Source of the DNA: Oculina patagonica
Taxonomy: Eukaryota
NCBI RefSeq assembly: GCF_052425735.1
Contig: NC_135761.1
Coordinates: 26,412,001-26,476,000 of the forward strand
Length of the DNA: 64,000 nucleotides
Direction of reading: 5' to 3'
Shown: piece by piece, positions 52,851 to 63,432 of the stretch
How the letters are laid out: the number at the start of each line of letters is the position of its first letter
How positions within the stretch are numbered: the first letter of the stretch is position 1
Notes under the pieces: model-generated
Told to the model about the DNA's origin: nothing
The model's input: only the letters and a program-made list of their open reading frames with translations
Database searches by the model: none
Program-made: the position numbers and the translations under genes

Positions 52851-55800
52851 ATGAGCAGCGACGTAGACAGTGATCGGGAGCATTTATTTCAAATACTGAC
52901 TGCGCGTTCAACCGCGACCGAGGACGAGGTTTTTGAATTCTCGCGGGCTTTGGAGGAAAAATATGCCGATAAGAAGCAGTTCTTTCGCACTTTGCCGCTC
53001 CGCAGCCATGTTGGCTTGCCAACAGATCAGATGGCCATGTCACTGGTGCCAGAAGATCTTCCTCTGGAAGCAGAAATAGTAGCGACAAGAACATCTCCTG
53101 ATGGAAACTGCCTTTTTAATGCTGTGTCGTTAGCTTTGGTGGGTGACGAAACACAAATGAGTCTTCTGCGTTTGCTTGTGGCTGTTGAGCTCCTCCTGAA
53201 CTCTGAATTCTACATACAGCACCCAAGATTAACTTCGTTTTCCTCGGCCAATCGTCAAGAAGACAAGCTATTTTCCCTTTCCCTGACTAGAGATAGTGAT
53301 TCGGTTTATTTCAACACCAACAAGAGCAACACCAAAATTGCAACAGGATGCAATTTGGTCGGAAGCTCTGGTTGCAACTAAATGTAATGAGTGGAGTGTT
53401 TTTTTTCACATTGCTGCGCTATCGACGGTTCTTGCCAGGCCTATCTTCTCTGTATATCCAAATTGTCAAACTTGGATACGGGACTTTTTGCACGCTGAAA
53501 TAGGTCCACAGGAGATTCAGAACATGGTACCCCTTGAAACGCTCTTTGTGTTGTGGTCTAGGGACGGGAACCTAGATAACAGAAGCGGAGCTTGGTATTC
53601 TCCAAATCATTTTGTTCCGTTATATTCTGCCAGTAAGGGCGGTATTTCTAGTGCTAAAGAGAACGAAAGTCAGCCTGAAAAGCATCAGCAACAAGAAACT
53701 GTAACAGTTGAACCAGCCAAACCAAAAAAGAGACCCGTAACCTTGGATGGCTACTTTGGCTTACCAAGTTCTAAGCGAAAGAAAGAGAAAGAGCCAAATT
53801 CTGCTAGCATTGCTGATGAAGAGAGCCGAAAGCCCGTAAAGAAGAATGATCTCCCAACCACACCCAGCGTCCAGCCACAAAAGCAACAAACAAAGCTACC
53901 ACGTGAACAGAAACCCACAAAAATAGGGCCCCAATGGGTCCATGTGTTTTGCTGCTAGAGCAAAGTCTTAGGGAACATGTTGATGAAAGACAAGTGAGTC
54001 GAGATTGAAATCCAACGTCTTTTATTGTCTGTCACTTGTGTGCAGGTTAATAATTGCACTATATTGTAGTCACTTTGTGTTAATTCAATCCTGATAATTT
54101 TACTGATCAATGTTATGTTGAAATCAAAGACAGCAAACATAATTTAATTACTAGTAAGTTAACGTAATGTCTGACATGATTGTCTCTTTGATAAAAAACA
54201 GTAACTCTTAACATTATAAAAAAATCTCAATGAACTCAATGTGATTCTTTTAGTGGCGTTATCTCACGGGTTACCGTTAGTTGTATTTGGAATCATTGTC
54301 ACAATGGTAGCGTTTTAACAACAACGAAAAAGACAGAATCTATTGACCTTATAAGAACTCAATGTGATATATTTATTAGTGACAAGACAGTGGTTCTTTA
54401 ACCACTTTCACCCAAATTAAACACTGGAACAACTAACTCTTAACAAACTTGTTGTGTCACCCTGAGTTAAATATGCAAAATTCAGAAATTATAAATAATC
54501 GCACGCGCACCGGCGTACAACAACAGAAAGACGGCGTTGAACGTAACGCAAAGTTCATTTTGAAAGCGAAAGTTTACAAATAATTATTATCATTCGTCAG
54601 TCATCCCTTCACGCATGAACACTCGTCGAATTTCAGTGTCTTCACAACAAGATCGGAAGATCGATAAGGACCAATTTTTGATTCTGCGAAAGTTCGTTTT
54701 CTTAAAGTTTTAGAAATTTGTGAAGTTGGAGGATTCACTGAGGACTGCGTAGCCGAAGATGCAGTGGCTCGCTGGACATCAAATTCTATTTTTCACGGCG
54801 TTTAATTAATCTTCACAAAATAAACATGTTGCGCCAGCGCGTCTGGCAGTCAAAAATTCATTTTTCAAAAAACTTTCCCTTTCCAGCTATTTTAGCGGGG
54901 CTTATACTATAGTACCTACCTGTCAGTCGTAGAAAAGCTGAAATTTAAGGATGAACTGTTTATTAAATGAAGACCGTATTATTTTTTAATAACTAGTAAA
55001 CAAACTGGTCGCCACGCATTTAAACACGAACTGACGAATGTTGCATCTGATGCAGTGAATCTGGTGAATGAGAACTTCCTTTAATATTTCTTTGTTTTCG
55101 ACGGTGTGCACCACTGAATAAGTTTCTTTCCCATTGTGATGTTACTAGTATTAATTCGTTTCTAGCTGTCTTTTATATAGCTCGAATACAGCTACAATTA
55201 GCGGTGCAGCCTACCAGCATGGTATATTCCTTTCCAGCTGTCTTTGCGTGACAAGTTACACGTTCATACATTTTATTTTAAAATATGAAGTTCAGAGTTA
55301 ATACAGTACTAGTATGCTGTAGACAGTGTAGACAAGGTGAGGGTAAGTTTATTTTCAAAGCGAAAGTTTACAAACTGTGCACTAACCGGTCCTTTGGAGA
55401 AAATATTTATGACCTTCGGCGAGGTTCCAAGTCTTCACTCTTTTCGTAAATGATGAAAACTGCAGAATAATTTTCTCATAAAACTGGAGTGGTCGCGCCA
55501 CAGTTTGTTTTCTTTCCCAATGCGATATGCTTTTAAATCGGTTTTCTGTTTTCCAACGTGTCCAACGTGGTTTGCGTTCGAATACTTTGGCCCGTAACTT
55601 CGAATGCGATCAGCGCTACGGTTCATTGGTTTCGATTTTGTTTGTTCATGGATTTGATTGACATCGGTAGTTCAGATTTCTCCTCTGTTACGGCACTTAC
55701 ACCTTACGGCACTTACACCTTACACCTTACGGCACAAACTTCAGCTCTCAATGTGTTTTGCTTGCAGCCATTGCGGCTGCAGCAAAACACAAAAAGCTGT

Positions 55801-57144
55801 GAAAGACCTGATGACAGCAAACAAGAAAAAGACGAACAAAAGCGGCGATTTATTCCCAAATGGAAAGATGAATTCCCTTGGCTACATTTCAATGATGATA
55901 AATACGTGATGACATGCGACATATGCTGTAAACATTCAAGCGTAGCTGGTAAAACAGATTTTTTGAAAGGCTGTACTAGTTTCAAAAAAGACACACTCAA
56001 AAAACATGCTACTAGCTATGGGCACATCCGCGCCAGAGAGAAGTCCTTTGCAGAGGAAAAAACAATTGAGGAAAGTCAGATCTTCAAAACTTTCTCAAAG
56101 ATAAACAAAGACATACAGGCTCAAGACCGCAAAGAAATGGAAATAAAGCTAAACACTGCATATTTTGTTGCGAAAGAGGAACAACCCTTTTCTAATTTTG
56201 AAGGGTTGCTTTCGCTTCAGAAAAAAATGGACTAAACGTTAACCTTACGTACGCAAACGAGAAAAGTTGCGCGGGATTGGTTTCGTTTTTGTCTGAAGGC
56301 CTTAAAGAAGACCTCATCCAAGAGCTAAACTCAAAAAACTTTTTCAGCATAATGGCGGATGGAAGTGCTGATTTCAGTGGTGTGGAGAACGAAACCATAG
56401 TTTGCCGTTTTGTAAGAGATGGGCTTCCTGTCAACTGCATGCTATGACACAAAGCTGTTGCACATGCCCATGCTGAGGGTACGTTTCTATAATAACTGCC
56501 TAAGCATTTTAATGCATTTTCCATTTCTATTTTACCATGGTCTAAACCATTCGATTTTGTGATAATAATCATGAATGCATATGAAACTATAAGAAACCAA
56601 CTACGTTCGCACTAACATCATTCCTGTTCTATTAAATAAAACTTCATAATAGATGTAATCAAATGAAAACAGGACTCTAAAAGTACTCAATAAACCCCGT
56701 TTTCTGTTCCTCTCTTCTATTGATCGTTTTAGGTGTAAAGGAAGCCATAGTAAGCGCGTTAGAAGACGTCACTGACTGGGAAGATCGCTGAAGATCGCTG
56801 TCAACGCTCAGTTCCGTGACAAGGACTACTGCAGCTTATGGAGAATGTTGCTCTCCAAAGATCCATATAAAACTGATCTCAAAGACATCCTTCATCTTGT
56901 TGAGATTCTCCTTGTCCTGCCCATATCGGCTGCTGGCTGTGAAAGAATGGTCTCTGCACAGAACAGGATCAAAAGTAGCCTCCGAGCGTCTTTGAAGACC
57001 CCAACGCTAGAAGGATTAATTCGAATCTCAGCTCAAGGTCCATCACTAGATAACTTCGACCCAGCTCCTTCAGTTAACCGCTGGTTTACACGAGACAGAT
57101 CTAAAGGCGAAAGAAAGCGACGACCAAACTTTTCCCGCACCTAG
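52851..57144 (+). pseudogene. OTU (vertnin-like) protease-hAT transposase fusion, disrupted
   Basis: PDGNCLFNAVS...PNHFVPL; RFIPKWKDEFPWL...CDICCKH zinc finger; FFSIMADGSAD; intron ~56479-56732; deletion at repeated aagatcgctg; LPISAAGCERMVS dimerisation region. Confidence 0.85.
53922..55792 (-). mobile_element. Non-autonomous Helentron-type (HINE/DINE-1-like) element
   Basis: Subterminal IR tgtgttttgctgc (53943-53955) / gcagcaaaacaca (55779-55791); hairpins at 55752-55791 and 53926-53941; short repeat array 55691-55735; inserted in an A-run without TSD. Confidence 0.75.
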
Positions 57145-58707
57145 AAGTGAACATCATCACCCCTTCATTTCCAGCTTCAAATCATAGATCGTAAGATTGC
57201 AAAATGTGACGTTTAAAGACCTTGCAATGACTTGTATTGTTCACAAAGTACCTGGAAACGGATTTGCGCTCTGACATTTGGAATCTGAAATTATGTTGAG
57301 AAATGTTGTTTAGAAATGGGTCACAAGTATGCACTATTAAAGTTGCTAGGTTCCCTTAAACTTCGTGAAATTCAGAGTTTCAGTTGACAGAAATTGCAAT
57401 TAGTGTTGTTACTAAGGTATCATTATGTGTAGTCCATGCAATGCTCGAACATCAAGTCTGTTTAGCAATGGCTTTGAAATAAAATAGGATTACATGTAAA
57501 ATAGCTCAGATAACTCGGGTAGATACACATTGTACGTTTGAAACAATGCTGTAACAAACAAGAAAGACGTAACTTGCTACTGTTTTGTTATGTAGTTGAA
57601 GTCGGGTAACTAAGGTTCCACTGCGTTTGAATAGTTTATGATTATAAAAGAGGTTGGGACATGTCTTGTTTTTCCAGCAATGATGATAGGTTAACATGAT
57701 GTAGTCTAGTGTGCTTTTTCGTGACGTTTACATTAGAAGTAATAGTTAGCAGACTTGTCAACTTTTTCTAAAATTGTTTGAAAGATTTTTTGTAAGTGAG
57801 GACATTCTGGGATATGGTTGATATTACAGTGCACATGACGATGTAATTTACAGGAGTCCGAGATAAGTGGTCATCTGATCATGATCATCAAATTCGATGG
57901 TCTGTGAGGGAAAAACAGAATAAATCTTACAAATGACAAACTTGCTATAAAAGTTTGGAAGTGTTTAATCCTATCTGTTTGTTAACAACATAACCAGAAA
58001 ATTTTGTTGTATGGAGATCTGAACAAAAACGTTCAATTAAGTTAATAGTGTCACTCCACTTCGATTCAAAGCTACAAAAACCCCTCAATTTGACACTATT
58101 GTATAATGTGTTTTTTTTTTCACCCATCCTTTAAAAAAAAATTGGCTCCTAACTTTTTGGACTTGGGGACCACTTTGGAAAATTTAGGAGCCAGAGGGCT
58201 CCTTGAAAAAAAAGTTAATTTCGTGCCCTGTAATGGCACTGAAAGGTCATTGTCAAAGGTTCTTTAATGTTGTTTCCACACTACTTCAAAGTGTTAATCC
58301 AATTGTTTGGACAATAGGATATGTTGTACCATGCCACACTGAGTTCTTGTATAAGAAGTATAAAGTTGGTTTAGGCATTAATAGCATGCAAGGCCGAGAA
58401 GCTAAGCATGTAAGATTACAACAATATGCCAAGCATGCTAGTCTTGCAACAAGATGGGAGGTTGTTCTAAAGCATGATTTTGTTTCAAATGTTTGGCTTT
58501 GAAGGGCAGACCCACATCACTTTGGCTACACCAAATGTACTGACCAATACATCCCAGCATGTGTCAACAATGACACTTGCTGCTTTTGTGGGTATCCAAA
58601 GGAAACTGATAAAGATAAGTGCAAGATGTGTTCCTCTTATATCTACAGAGAGGTCACTATTACAGCAGGTTTGGGAGAGCTGTCTGAAGGTTTGAAAATG
58701 CTCTTAA

Positions 58708-61240
58708 CCCTTTCACACCTGAACCGGCCAAAACCGGCCGACCGGAAACTGCGCTGCTATTCCTGAACCGGCCAAAACCGGCCGAAAAAAAGTCATTGAT
58801 TTGACCTTCCCACCCCTCCCCCAATAAAGTACATTGGCTCACCAGCTTTCAGTCTATTGTTTTTAAGTTATTGACCAATCAAATTATAGTTACTGCGCAT
58901 AACAAAGACCTCCCGAGTATGAGAGAGAGGGATGCAAATTTTGTGCGCAAACATGGCGACAGTCACGAAAGGTTTCTGTAAAGGAACCTTTTGTGCATTG
59001 TCGTTCGTGAGCGGGGAAACCACTTAGTTTATTATCAACTTGGAGATGATAAAGCAAAGAAACTTCCTTTGTGGCAGGAATTTGCTTTATCATCTCCAAA
59101 TTGACAACAACCTAAGTGGAAAATGGCAACGCGAGTAAATCCTTTAAATGTTAGTTCTGAAGAATTCAGGGCGATTTTCGGGGATTCTGATGAAGAAGAC
59201 ACCGGTAATATTGATGAAGATAGTTCTGATATAGATTTCGAAGGTATTGATGAAGATGGTGAGGAAAGCGATGAAGAAATTGACAACGAAGGAGCCGCCG
59301 AAAACGACCACGAAGAGTCACGACAACAATGGACGGCTAACCTCAGCAACATCGCTGCTGGCGAATTTACTGCACGATCGGAAATCGTCGTAGACGTTGG
59401 AGACGAGCCTAAAGCTGATGATTTTTTTAGCTTGATGTTTGGCGAAGATCTTTTTGACAAAATCGTGTTAGAGACAAACTGCTACGCTCGCCAAAAATTA
59501 GCCGACAACCAACAACGTCTTGCTAAATGGCGCAACATCACGAAACCTGAATTGAAAGCTTACTTCGGAATTTGTGACCTAACACGGGAAAACGTACACT
59601 AACGATTTTCCGTTTAACCGCTAGAAGCGTTTATTATCCGTTTATCATTCGTTTAAACGATTCATAAAAATCGTTTAAACGGTAAGGCCATCCGTTTATC
59701 TGGTGTCCTTAACTGTTTAAACGGTTAACACTATCTTTTACATGCCGTTTAAACGATAAGGCCATCCGTCCATTTCGTATCCTAAACCATTTAAACAGTA
59801 AATGCTGTGTTTACTTTATTTCACCGTTTATCAGCGTTTATCGATGTTCACAAACGGCAAACTACGGTACGGAACAAGCACAAATAAAATGGGGTACGCT
59901 TGTTTCTAAAATCGACTTCGTTTCATAATTATTTATACCGTACAAGCTTTAATAAATTCAACACGCGTGGAATAAAATGAACTGTGACATTTCGAAGCTT
60001 GTGATAAACATTTATTTTATCCATCTCACTTACCAGTAAAGCGCAACTTTTTTTGGTAAACTTTTTCGGTAAAATACATTCTCATGTCATCTCCAGTTGA
60101 AGGTCTTGATTTAAAACAGTGAAGTGATTCGAAATAATCGAAACAAGTCGAGAAAATACGGTAGCTTTCATCATTCACAATATCGAAAGTGAAAGCCACT
60201 TTTCCATTCTCACGTGCAAAGACGAGACGAGACGGCGGCGAATCACGCTTGGCTTCTTGACCTTTCATCGCCAAGAATGTCACGGTTTCCTAGAAATTTC
60301 TGTTCACGCAATTGAATGGTATTATTACACAGTAAACGTCTTGATCTTTAATGTTTCTTTCAACTTTTTCACACTGAATGTTTCAGAATTAAAAAAACAA
60401 TTCATTTTCGGAGTTGTTTTCTGGCAAACCGCATGTCTGGGACGGCGGGACAGGAGAAGCCGACATTTGCATAATCACAAGTTTGTCGGCGTTTTAAAGA
60501 ATGTCGCCCGAAAGATATCAAATTCCCCGCGAATACATGTCATTGATTTCTCAATCTTCTGTAGAACTTTTATTCGATCCCAAGTTAAGAAACAAACTTT
60601 TGATTCGTTAGCTTTTCGTGAAAACTTTTTTTTACCGCAAACTCGCCGGTTTAAATTGTCACGTTCGATCTCCTGTGTAAATAAAAAACTTGCCGTTGTT
60701 TAATTTTTGCTGCATGCAAATACCTAAATGCAGAGTTCGCTTGCAGTCCGCTTATTCTGTTAAATTGCTCTTTGAGATGTAGGTAACAGTTAAATTTCAA
60801 CTTGGAATAGTATGTGTGAACGAGCTTTTAGACAATTTTTTTCCGTCGCCAAAATTTCTGTCTGACACGCAACTAATTATCTCGCGTTCGGCCATTCAAA
60901 CTTTTGCAAATTTTATCTAAATACTTTCAGTTTTGTCTGCCGCTTTGAAGATCTTTTTCATCCTTGCCATTAGAATGGCTTTCGTTTAAATGTTTTGCAC
61001 TACCATTTAAAAACTTTCGGCTTGAGTTTAAATGTTTTGCTTTGCCGTTTAAGCGCTTTCGGCATCCTTTTGAATGTTTTATTTTCGCTTAAACGCTTTC
61101 GGCTTCCGCTTAAATGTTTTGCCTTACTGTTTAAACGCTTATGACAAGCGTTTAATTATTATGCTTGTCCGTTTAAATGGTTTAGAAGCCGTTTACTATC
61201 CGTTTACTATCCGTCCGTTTTTATCCGTTTCGCGGATTTT

Positions 61241-61277
<37 letters not shown>

Positions 61278-62166
61278 GTCATCATGGGGTTGAATATTCT
61301 TCCAAAAGTCGCCGACTACTGGTCGTCCGCCATTTTTATGGGCAATGAAGGAATAAAGCGAGTGATGCCGAAAAACAGGTTCGAAGAAATAAGCCAATAT
61401 TTGCATCTCAATGATACGAGTCGGGAACCGGCGCGTGGAGACGCAAATTTTGACAGACTTTACAAATGCCGCCCTGCTTTGACCGCCGTTGTGAGAAATG
61501 TTCAGCGCTGTTATTCGCCAACAAAAAACATTTCCATTGACGAGGGAATGATAGCGTTTAAGGGCAGACTTTCATTTCGGCAATATTTACCGGCTAAGCC
61601 AACGAAATACGGTATAAAAGTGTGGATGGCGGCCGATGCTTCGAATGGTTTTGTCATCAATTTTTCTGTTTACCTAGGAAGCGACGGGCAAATTCGAAGG
61701 CGCCACGGCCTTGGATATGATGTCGTTATGGATATGGCACGTCCCTTTCTCAGAAGAAAACATCACGTTTTCTTCGACAATTTCTTTTCAAGCCCTGTTC
61801 TTTTAGAACATTTGCTTGACCAGCAAACATACGCGTGTTCAACAGTAAGATGCACACGCAAAGATCTGCCACCATGTGCTAAGAATAAACTTCGCCAGCC
61901 AGGGCAAACGATCACGCGACAGAGAGGTAGCCTTCTTTTTACTAAGTGGCACGACAAGCGAGACGTGGCATTTTTATCGACAAATGTTTCGCCAGAAGAG
62001 CCTACCCGTACGGTTCAACGTAAAAAGAACGGAAGAAACATCGAGATTCAAAAGCCGCGTGTCTCAGATGTTTACACGGCAAATATGGGAGGAGTTGATC
62101 GAGCCGATCAATTTCGTTCGTATTATACCGTAGGAAGGCAGTCACGAAAGTGGTATAGATATATCA
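58708..62166 (+). mobile_element. piggyBac element, 3' end deleted; PGBD4-like transposase 59123-59573 joined to 61276-~62166
   Basis: TTAA|CCCTT at 58704-58712; subterminal repeat cctgaaccggccaaaaccggccg x2; acidic N-terminus; ISIDEGM, FFDNFF, GGVDRADQ; similarity ends after RKWYRYI and no right TIR is seen. Confidence 0.9.
59574..61271. mobile_element. Non-autonomous TIR element with 4-bp ATTT TSD (Sola1-like)
   Basis: 32-bp TIR gtgacct(a/c)acacgggaaaacgtacactaacga; ATTT at 59570-59573 and 61272-61275; many cgtttaaacg subterminal repeats. Confidence 0.85.
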
Positions 62167-62805
62167 ATATCACTCTTAAGGTTGACTGTTATTAAAAATG
62201 TGTTATTTAACACTGTTTGTAACTTGAAAATTTCCTCATTGGTAATAAAAGTTAATGACAAGTGTGGACCAGTCTCCTTTTCATTTGTGCAACCAAAACA
62301 TCTTTAATGGATCCAACTCATTCTTACTTAACATAACATTATGAACTTGCATATTCTCTCTAATCATTTTTTCATCTGGAGTGGCATGGAGAATTCAGAT
62401 GATGCCTGATGTTGGAGCTTAAGGTTAAGTAAAAATGCAAAAGTACTGCATGTATGTTTCTTTTTGTTTTAAGCTGGTATTTGCAGCCTCCTTTGCAGCC
62501 ATCGTTTGTTTATGCTACGCCCCTCCCCCCCCACCTTTTTGGTAGTGAGCATGCTGTGCCTTGGTAATTCACTGCCTTCTTTCTTTTTGAAAAAGGGCAT
62601 TTGTCTTCCCAGGGGGCGGGGGACCCCATATAAAAAGATGGAAAATATGGTACTCCCCCAGGATTCTTACACTAACCATAAACAGAACAGGTATTACAAC
62701 AATGTTACATAGACCTACAGGTCAATCAAAGCTTAGTCAGTGTTTTGTCACAAGTACATTGTTAACATAATGATATCAATTAACTCAACAATCTTAACTG
62801 TTCAT

Positions 62806-63432
62806 TCAATTCAAAGTAAACTGAGGCACCCCCAGTCGGTTGTAATGTCCATATCTGGCCTTCACCTGCAGCATTTCCAGTGTTTTAGAGTAGTGAAAGG
62901 TGGCAGGGTGGGCTTGATTAATAATGACCTTACTGTAAGAGTTATCTTTTTCCATTTTAAACATCATGTCATCTTCTTTAACGCATTTTGTGTACTTGTT
63001 GGCTAATCCCAAAAGAAATCTTTTGAAAGATTCTCCATTTTGGAACTGCATTTCCTCTACGTTCTTAGTGTTTTTCGTCAACACGCCACCAGTCTCATCT
63101 GTAAGTGAGGCGGTTTTGAAACAGACGAACACTTCCAATGGCATATGTCGCTTTAACCTGACGGTCCAAGGAGCTGAGCCATTTGTTTTTCGCCTCAGCT
63201 TGCGCACAATGCTTTTGTTCCATTGGACGACTGACCTCGATAACATACGGGATGGTTGAGCAAGGTGAAACTTGTACCCTTTTTCCGGGGCAAACGTATG
63301 CTTTTTTACAACCGCTCTAGTCAGTTTCATCAGTTCTCTACCAATCTCCTGATTTAATTTCTTCTTTAAGCCACTAGACGCACTAACAACCTTGTCTACC
63401 ACACGATGAACTGCCACAACAAATTCCGCCAT
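62806..63432 (-). CDS. Intact 208-aa basic protein of unknown function; second gene of the CAC-TIR element
   Basis: Single open exon; ATG within CAAGATGGCGG about 100 bp inside the right TIR; a second partial copy at 45698-45891 conserves the peptide. Confidence 0.75.
   Translation of the reverse strand: MAEFVVAVHRVVDKVVSASSGLKKKLNQEIGRELMKLTRAVVKKHTFAPEKGYKFHLAQPSRMLSRSVVQWNKSIVRKLRRKTNGSAPWTVRLKRHMPLEVFVCFKTASLTDETGGVLTKNTKNVEEMQFQNGESFKRFLLGLANKYTKCVKEDDMMFKMEKDNSYSKVIINQAHPATFHYSKTLEMLQVKARYGHYNRLGVPQFTLN

Larger units (their letters stand above)
52440..58230 (+). mobile_element. hAT element with 5-bp TSD (hAT5-like), internally deleted
   Basis: 14-bp TIR cagggcacgaaatt / aatttcgtgccctg; TSD taatg at 52435-52439 and 58231-58235. 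Confidence 0.95.
50745..58707 (+). pseudogene. RAG1/Transib-like DDE transposase (coding 50745-52439 and 58236-58707, split by the hAT insertion)
   Basis: LSKEKYKAIR, ACGADG (D at 51459), GANCSENH, FPSDM (D at 51702), EPLH, RFTGKES, LGINSMQGREAKH (E at 58398) in RAG1 motif order; rejoins in frame as EDLM|ALKGHC after removing the hAT; frameshift ~51160, stop at 58500. Confidence 0.75.

Noticed and set aside
62806-63432. RAG2-like gene call
   Set aside because: Too short, with no recognisable kelch repeats or PHD Cys/His pattern.
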